Origin: Acinetobacter wanghuae
GTDB taxonomy: Bacteria > Pseudomonadota > Gammaproteobacteria > Pseudomonadales > Moraxellaceae
Assembly (NCBI RefSeq): GCF_009557235.1
Contig: NZ_CP045650.1
Location: forward strand, 2,400,001-2,432,000
Length of the DNA: 32,000 bases
Direction of reading: 5' to 3'
Part shown: positions 26,291-32,000 of the stretch, in pieces
Layout of the letters: each line of letters starts with the position of its first letter
Numbering within the stretch: the stretch's first letter is position 1
Program-made: the position numbers and the translations under genes
The notes under the pieces: model-generated
The model's input: the letters and a program-made list of their open reading frames with translations, nothing else
Told to the model about the DNA's origin: nothing
The model's database searches: none

Positions 26291-27319
26291 ATGCAAAAGT
26301 ACAAAATATGGATCATCGTAGCACTTGCGATACTGTGCATTATTGGCTTACTGATGTGGTTGGCTCCACAAAAAGATGCAACTGAGTCAAGCACTGATTC
26401 TCAGTCGAGCGAACAAAGTCTCGCACAGCAACAAGCATTAAATGTAAATGGTCCTGCGAATGGTTTATTTCCAAGCCCAAGCCAGCAAGATACCGAAATT
26501 AACTGTCAGATGGTATTGGACTCGTCTAATCGTCTCGTGGTCAATGAACAAACCCGTAATTGTTTTGAATATTTCATCACTCAATTTGGTGAAAAAAGTT
26601 TAGAGCAAATTAAACAAGACTTTAAAACGTATATTACCCAAAATCATAAAGAACCTGCACTTTCGCAAATTTTAGATTTATGGGATCGTTACCTGCAATA
26701 TCGTCAGTCGATGGGAGAAATCACTCCACCGACAGGTTTAGATCAAGAAGATCCTGCTTATTACCGCAGCATCTATAACAGCACCCAAAACTTAAGAAAA
26801 AAATTCTTTTCTCATTATGAAATTGAAGGTCTATTCGGCACGGAAGATACCTATCACGAATACACCCTCGATCGGATGGCAGTATTGAATGATAATAATC
26901 TGACTGAAGCCCAAAAGGCGGACAAGCTTAAAGCATTGTTTGAAGGTCTACCGAAGGACTGGCAAGAAAACTTAGAGCAAATTAATAAATTGGATGATTT
27001 GCGTAAACTGACTGCAGATATTAAAGCGCGCGGTGGTTCAAGCGACGAAATTCGCCAGATGCGTATGAATTTAGTCGGACCAGAAGCCACCCAACGCTTA
27101 GAAAACTTAGACGGCGAACGTTCGCAATGGAAAAACAATGTGAATCATTACCTGTCTGAACGTGAAAATATTATGAAAAGTGGCATGAGTGATTCATCTA
27201 AACAGCAAGCCATTCAAGACTTGCGCAATAAACACTTTAACAAAGCGGAAGATCAATTAAGAATTGAAACCTTTGAACAAGTTCATGATAAAGGCGGAAA
27301 ATTACCTTTCGCAGACTAA
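26291..27319 (+). CDS. lifO: Lipase-specific foldase / lipase secretion chaperone (Lif)
   Basis: N-terminal membrane anchor IWIIVALAILCIIGLLMWLA. The Lif signature Rx1x2FDY(F/C)L(S/T)A appears as RNCFEYFITQ. Helical, Q/E/K-rich body, located just upstream of the lipase genes. Confidence 0.87.
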   Translation: MQKYKIWIIVALAILCIIGLLMWLAPQKDATESSTDSQSSEQSLAQQQALNVNGPANGLFPSPSQQDTEINCQMVLDSSNRLVVNEQTRNCFEYFITQFGEKSLEQIKQDFKTYITQNHKEPALSQILDLWDRYLQYRQSMGEITPPTGLDQEDPAYYRSIYNSTQNLRKKFFSHYEIEGLFGTEDTYHEYTLDRMAVLNDNNLTEAQKADKLKALFEGLPKDWQENLEQINKLDDLRKLTADIKARGGSSDEIRQMRMNLVGPEATQRLENLDGERSQWKNNVNHYLSERENIMKSGMSDSSKQQAIQDLRNKHFNKAEDQLRIETFEQVHDKGGKLPFAD

Positions 27320-27340
27320 GTGATTTTGATTTCACTTTCC

Positions 27341-27370
27341 AACCGCAGCCTAATTAGACTGCGGTTTTTT
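27341..27370 (+). terminator. Rho-independent terminator after the lipase chaperone gene
   Basis: AACCGCAG (27341-27348) pairs with CTGCGGTT (27359-27366), and the stem runs into TTTTTT. Confidence 0.75.
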
Positions 27371-27709
27371 ATGTTGTTATCTTTATGATGAGCAATGCAT
27401 TGAATTATGGACTTTAATACCCTTTTACAAGAAAAAACGTTACTAGTTATTACCAAAAAAAATAAAATAGCAAATAAATTCAAAGATATAAATACAAAAT
27501 AAAATTTTCAAAAATGCTAAATCTGAATTAACCGACCACTGACAGCCCATGTCCTAAAATGACATAGTTTTTATTAAGAGACATGAAAAAATAGTGCGTT
27601 GAAAATAATAATGGTTTAGATCCAAACCTAAGCAATGCAGCTACTGCTTGTGACCCAAAATTAAAACAGTGATAGATCATCACATTTAAAATAATACAAA
27701 GGACCAATT

Positions 27710-28720
27710 ATGATTTATTTTACAAAAGCTGCAAAAATGCTAACACTCAGTGTTGCAGCAAGTGCTGTCATGGGCTTAAGCACCCAAACTCAGGCTGCCG
27801 CAAGTGCAACTCAAGTCGTTGAAAAAGCGAAATCTGACTATGCTAAAACCAAGTATCCGATTTTGATGGTACACGGTTGGCTTGGTTGGCAACGCATTGG
27901 TACAAACACGATTGGTCTCGATTACTGGTATCAAATTTTGCCCGATATGGCACGTAATGGTTCAACAGTTTTTGCTGCTCAGTTATCTCCTGCAAATACT
28001 ACTGCCCATCGTGGTGAACAACTGATTCAACAAGTGGAAGATGTCTTGGCCATTACTGGCAAGCCAAAACTCAATTTAATTGGACACTCACATGGTGGGC
28101 CAACGGTGTTGTACGTTGCACAAACGAAACCTCATCTCATTGCTTCAATTACAGGTGTGGCAGGCACCTATCATGGTTCTAAAGTCGCAGATGATATTCA
28201 AAACAATCGTTTGACCCGCACAGCTTTTAATATTTTAGGGGATTACATTATTGGTCCACTGATCGCATTAGGACAGTTGAAGCCTGAACTCGAAATTAAT
28301 TTTGATGCCTCAATGAAATCTTTAACCCAAACAGGCTCGAAATCATTTAACGCAACAGTGGCTCAAGCAGCAGTAAAAGATGGCGTGTTGGCAGCAACAG
28401 AAAACTGTAATAAAAACTTAAAGCCTAAAGACAGTAAAGGCATTTACTACTATTCATGGACTGGTGTGGCTCAAGCGACCAATGTACTCGATATCGATAC
28501 AATTTTGATGCAGCTTGGTCCATTATCTTATAACAATAAAGATAATGATGGCATGGTCTCTCGTTGCAGTGCCTATATGGGTAAAGTCATTAATGACAAT
28601 TACAAGCTAAATCACACTGATCTTGCCAATATGATGTTCGGTCTAACGGGGCTGTTCTCGCCTGATCCTGTTGCAATGTATCGTCAACACGCTAACCGCT
28701 TAAAACTACAAGGTTTATAA
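27710..28720 (+). CDS. Secreted triacylglycerol lipase, bacterial family I (paralog 1, 336 aa)
   Basis: Signal peptide. Oxyanion-hole region PILMVHGWLGW, nucleophile elbow GHSHGG, catalytic Asp/His regions NDGMVS and NHTD, a Cys pair (ENC...SRC), and the C-terminus YRQHANRLKLQGL. Confidence 0.9.
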   Translation: MIYFTKAAKMLTLSVAASAVMGLSTQTQAAASATQVVEKAKSDYAKTKYPILMVHGWLGWQRIGTNTIGLDYWYQILPDMARNGSTVFAAQLSPANTTAHRGEQLIQQVEDVLAITGKPKLNLIGHSHGGPTVLYVAQTKPHLIASITGVAGTYHGSKVADDIQNNRLTRTAFNILGDYIIGPLIALGQLKPELEINFDASMKSLTQTGSKSFNATVAQAAVKDGVLAATENCNKNLKPKDSKGIYYYSWTGVAQATNVLDIDTILMQLGPLSYNNKDNDGMVSRCSAYMGKVINDNYKLNHTDLANMMFGLTGLFSPDPVAMYRQHANRLKLQGL

Positions 28721-28801
28721 GTCACATACAGCCTTCATTCTATATAGGATTAAGGCTTTTTATAAAAACAATCCACAACATCTACAAAGAATGGATCCTT
28801 C

Positions 28802-29770
28802 ATGAAAATGAAAAAAACAATTGGACTCAGTCTATTTACTTTAGTCTTTAGCTCGCTCACACATGCCTCAGCCTTACAGAGCTATAAAAGCAATTTTGTT
28901 GTTTCAAATTATGCTAAAACCCAATACCCGATTGTATTTGTTCACGGTTTTGGTTTGGGGTTTAACCGAATCGGTACAGACCGTGTCGGCTTAGATTATT
29001 GGTATCAAATTCCACAGGATTTAAGTCGAAATGGCGCACGCGTCTTCTCTGCCGAGCTTTCTGCTGTCGGTTCAAATGAGATTCGCGGTGAACAGCTCTT
29101 ACAACAAATTGATGAAGTTTTAGCACTCACAGGCAAGAGCAAAGTCAATTTAATTGGACACAGTCAAGGTGGTCCTACCATTCAATATATTGAAGCTATT
29201 GCACCACAAAAAGCAGCATCCTTAACTGCAATTGCAGGTGCAATGAAAGGCACACCTGTCTTTGTCAATGCCGCTAAAACGCCTTTGATTGAACCCTTTA
29301 TTCACGCTTTTGGCACAGTACTCGGCTATGCCATGAATCTCGTGACAGCGAATCGTTACTCCGTCGAAATTCAAGATGCCTTAGATGCAATGAATCCGGA
29401 ACACATGCTTGCTTTTAATGCCAAATATGGCTCGAATGCCATTCCTAAAGATTGCCAATCGCAAGGTCAAAAGCGTACAAGCAATGGTATTTATCATTAT
29501 TCATGGATGGGGAATCGACAAGCGACCAATCCACTCGATGTGATTGAAAGTACTGTCGTCAGCTTAGGAGGAACTTTCCTGAAAGGTGAAGCCAATGATG
29601 GTGCTCTTCCCTTGTGCAGTGGTCGTTATGGACAGATTATTCGTCAAGACTATCACCACAATCACTTTGATGAAGTGAATCAATTTTTTGGCATTTTATC
29701 GCCCTTTGCACAAGACCCGATTGGACTGTACCGACAACATGCCAATCGTTTAAAGCTACAAGGACTTTAA
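28802..29770 (+). CDS. Secreted triacylglycerol lipase, bacterial family I (paralog 2, 322 aa)
   Basis: Signal peptide MKMKKTIGLSLFTLVFSSLTHASA. PIVFVHGFGLGF, GHSQGG, NDGALP, NHFDEVN, a Cys pair (KDC...PLC), and the same C-terminus YRQHANRLKLQGL. Confidence 0.9.
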   Translation: MKMKKTIGLSLFTLVFSSLTHASALQSYKSNFVVSNYAKTQYPIVFVHGFGLGFNRIGTDRVGLDYWYQIPQDLSRNGARVFSAELSAVGSNEIRGEQLLQQIDEVLALTGKSKVNLIGHSQGGPTIQYIEAIAPQKAASLTAIAGAMKGTPVFVNAAKTPLIEPFIHAFGTVLGYAMNLVTANRYSVEIQDALDAMNPEHMLAFNAKYGSNAIPKDCQSQGQKRTSNGIYHYSWMGNRQATNPLDVIESTVVSLGGTFLKGEANDGALPLCSGRYGQIIRQDYHHNHFDEVNQFFGILSPFAQDPIGLYRQHANRLKLQGL

Positions 29771-29902
29771 ATCATTAGATTACTTACGCCTTTACTGATG
29801 ATTACACAACGACAAAAACATTTACTCAATTAAAAAAGAAACACCATTTAAACTCAATGAATGGCTCGGAAAGCCATTTTAAAACAACAAGAGGAATTAC
29901 CA

Positions 29903-30871
29903 ATGAAATACGGAATGTTAAGTCTCGGTCTTATACTTGCCACCGCATGTATGAGCTCACAGGCATCTACACAAGCCAGTCAAGTGACCGCCAAAGCCAG
30001 TTCTCAATATGCAAAAACCAAGTATCCCATTGTATTTTCACATGGTATGGCGGGTTTTATTCGCATTGGCACAGATCAATTTGGTATGGATTATTGGTAT
30101 CAAATTTTGCCAGATTTGGCACGTAATGGTGCTAACGTGTGGGCAACCCGTGTATCCCCATTTAACTCATCTGAAGTTCGTGGTGAACAACTGCTGCAAC
30201 AAGTTCAAGAAATTACTGCAATTACTGGCGCTAAAAAAGTCAACCTGATTGGCCATTCACACGGTGGTCCAACCATTCGTTATGTTGCGGGTGTTGCACC
30301 GCAATATGTCGCATCACTTACAGGTATCGGAGCACCGCATAAAGGCTCACCTGTTGCCGATTTAATTTTGGCGGCAGAAGGTACTATTATTGAAAACCCA
30401 TTGGTCGGTACGGTGAACTTTGTCTCTAAAGCCATTACTTGGGCACAAGGACTCGATCCAAAAAGCTTCCCACATGATGCCTTGGCAGGTGGTAAAAGTT
30501 TAACGCTTGCTGGATCTGCTGCTTTTAACCAAAAATTCCCATTAGGTATGCCAACCACTGCATGTGATGAAGGTAAAGCGGTTGATGGCGGTATTTATAA
30601 TTATACTTTCACGGGTACAGGAACTGTGACCAATATTCTAGACCCAGATTCAGCACTGAAAGTGACCAGTCTGCTCATCGATAAAGGTAAAAATAACGAT
30701 GGTCTTGTATCTCAATGTAGCGCACGTTTTGGTAAAACGATTCGTGATAACTACAATTGGAATCACTTGGACGAAGTGAATATGGTGTTGGGCTTAAAAA
30801 ATGTCTTTGCACCTGACCCAGTCGATGTTTACCGTCAACATGCCAATCGTTTAAAACTACAAGGTTTATAA
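29903..30871 (+). CDS. lipA: Secreted triacylglycerol lipase, bacterial family I (paralog 3, 322 aa; the most LipA-like)
   Basis: Start MKYGMLSLGLILATACMSSQA, preceded by GAGGA at 29891-29895. PIVFSHGMAGF, GHSHGGPTIRYVA, NDGLVS, NHLDEVN, a Cys pair (TAC...SQC). It is the closest of the three to remembered Pseudomonas aeruginosa LipA. Confidence 0.9.
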   Translation: MKYGMLSLGLILATACMSSQASTQASQVTAKASSQYAKTKYPIVFSHGMAGFIRIGTDQFGMDYWYQILPDLARNGANVWATRVSPFNSSEVRGEQLLQQVQEITAITGAKKVNLIGHSHGGPTIRYVAGVAPQYVASLTGIGAPHKGSPVADLILAAEGTIIENPLVGTVNFVSKAITWAQGLDPKSFPHDALAGGKSLTLAGSAAFNQKFPLGMPTTACDEGKAVDGGIYNYTFTGTGTVTNILDPDSALKVTSLLIDKGKNNDGLVSQCSARFGKTIRDNYNWNHLDEVNMVLGLKNVFAPDPVDVYRQHANRLKLQGL

Positions 30872-30882
30872 ACTTTACATAT

Positions 30883-30910
30883 AAAAAATGCGCCCAAGGG
30901 CGCATTTTTT
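30883..30910. terminator. Bidirectional rho-independent terminator between lipase 3 (+) and rplS (-)
   Basis: AAAAAATGCGCC-CAAG-GGCGCATTTTTT. Confidence 0.85.
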
Positions 30911-30942
30911 AACTCAAGATAAAACTTAACTTTAGCCTAAAC

Positions 30943-31320
30943 TTAAGAAGCTTTAACTTTACGAGCTGGTAATTTTTCACGAATACGTGCAGCTTTACCA
31001 GACAATTCGCGTAGGTAGTAAAGTTTAGCACGACGAACATCACCACGACGTTTCACTTCGATTTTAGCAACGATTGGAGAGTGAGTTTGGAATACACGCT
31101 CAACACCAATACCGTTAGAAATTTTACGTACTGTGAACGCAGAGTTCAAGCCACGGTTTTTGATTGCGATTACAACGCCTTCAAAAGCCTGAAGACGCTC
31201 ACGGTCGCCCTCTTTAACTTTAACTTGAACAACAACTGTATCACCAGGTGCAAAAGCTGGTAGATCAGTTTTTAACTGTGCGTTTTCAATTACTTGAACT
31301 AAAGGATGCTTACCGCTCAT
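30943..31320 (-). CDS. rplS: 50S ribosomal protein L19
   Basis: 125 aa from [17 protein letters not shown], with the typical L19 core [43 protein letters not shown]. The track ORF start at 31362 is an over-extension. Confidence 0.93.
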   Translation of the reverse strand: MSGKHPLVQVIENAQLKTDLPAFAPGDTVVVQVKVKEGDRERLQAFEGVVIAIKNRGLNSAFTVRKISNGIGVERVFQTHSPIVAKIEVKRRGDVRRAKLYYLRELSGKAARIREKLPARKVKAS

Positions 31321-31450
31321 GGGGTATCTCCAAAATATGCGAGTTAGAAGAGGTCTAATCATCGCTGGGTACAGAGGCTAACACGCTTATACCCAATTAG
31401 CTTTCCCTTTATGGTTGACCGCTTCAATGCATAAAGAGCCTATTAATAAA

Positions 31451-31471
31451 TACTTAAATTTAATTTAAGTA
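31451..31471. repeat. Perfect 21-bp palindrome (10-1-10) in the trmD-rplS spacer
   Basis: In TACTTAAATTTAATTTAAGTA, every one of the 10 arm positions pairs. Confidence 0.6.
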
Positions 31472-31508
31472 CAGTGTTCGAAGACAGAACTGATTACGCA
31501 GCAATGCC

Positions 31509-32000
31509 TTACAAATCTTTCAGCCATTTTTTCTGCTGCTTAGTCAACTCAACTTGTTCAACCAATTCAGGTCGACGTTCAAGTGTGCGTTGATAGCGCT
31601 GCAAAAACCGCCATTTTTCAATATTTGCATGATGCCCTGATTTTAAAATCTCAGGCACATCCAAACCTTCAAAATGATCTGGCTTAGTATATTGCGGGCA
31701 ATCTAATAGACCATCCACAAATGAGTCTTGCACATGGGATTGTTCATCCGACATCGCACCCGGAAGTCTCCGAATGATACTGTCCAATAAAACCATCGCA
31801 GGCAGTTCACCGCCAGAAAGTACGTAATCACCTATGGACCATTCCTGATCAACATATTTTTGGATCAAACGTTCATCGACCCCTTCATAACGTCCGCACA
31901 GCACAATGAGTCCATCATATTTGACAAATTCTTGTACCGCAGGTTCATTTAGGGTTTTTCCTTGTGGTGACATATACACCACAGGAACACGAACCGCACC
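31509..32000 (-). CDS. trmD: tRNA (guanine37-N1)-methyltransferase, 3' portion (the N-terminus lies beyond the window edge)
   Basis: TrmD core [13 protein letters not shown]...[27 protein letters not shown]. The frame stays open to the window end. Confidence 0.92.
   Translation of the reverse strand, partial: GAVRVPVVYMSPQGKTLNEPAVQEFVKYDGLIVLCGRYEGVDERLIQKYVDQEWSIGDYVLSGGELPAMVLLDSIIRRLPGAMSDEQSHVQDSFVDGLLDCPQYTKPDHFEGLDVPEILKSGHHANIEKWRFLQRYQRTLERRPELVEQVELTKQQKKWLKDL

Noticed and set aside
29857-30248. Alternative-frame plus-strand ORFs (29857..30126 and 30009..30248) and the MARKAILKQQEELP extension of lipase 3
   Set aside because: They overlap the lipase 3 frame, which has unambiguous lipase motifs. 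The true start at 29903 has a GAGGA RBS and a proper signal peptide.
1-32000. Scan for tRNA/rRNA genes, CRISPR arrays, and REP-like or long tandem repeats
   Set aside because: I noticed no cloverleaf-like GC-rich 75-nt islands, no regularly spaced direct repeats, and no rRNA-like stretches by eye. tRNAscan-SE, Infernal or minced would be needed to exclude them formally.

Overview
This reads as a chromosomal segment from an Acinetobacter-like gammaproteobacterium. That call is by eye, from moderate AT-richness, a CraA/AbeM-type efflux pair and a lipase chaperone plus lipase cluster; no search was run. Most of the window is ordinary core content: acyl-CoA dehydrogenase, CspA-family cold-shock protein, hemW, a DUF606 transporter, a MATE efflux pump, an ABC1/UbiB-like kinase, Zur-box-preceded L31 type B, crcB, a SAM methyltransferase, an orphan ParA-like ATPase, an AI-2E transporter, lipoprotein Cu/Zn-SOD, an MdfA/CraA-type MFS pump, a divergent FAD-oxidase/serA pair, two tandem EamA exporters, a hemerythrin, a TauE/SafE permease, truB, rplS and partial trmD. 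The clearly accessory part is a visibly AT-rich islet at about 16.1-18.3 kb. It carries a 438-aa AbiH-family abortive-infection (phage defence) gene split cleanly by an 816-bp IS1-family element. The element has 24-nt terminal inverted repeats and an 8-bp target duplication, and its transposase reading frame is itself broken. Other points worth a second look: (1) a lipase chaperone followed by three diverged tandem family-I lipase paralogs; (2) a signal-peptide protein whose mature part is about 27% histidine; (3) a membrane-anchored nuclease resembling archaeal Holliday-junction resolvases, in an operon with one of two uncharacterised paralogs that flank a methyltransferase; (4) a second Zur-box-like palindrome upstream of sodC; (5) a perfect 21-bp palindrome in an unusually long trmD-rplS spacer. 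I saw no tRNA, rRNA or CRISPR array. All family assignments come from motif recognition by eye and none is verified against a database.
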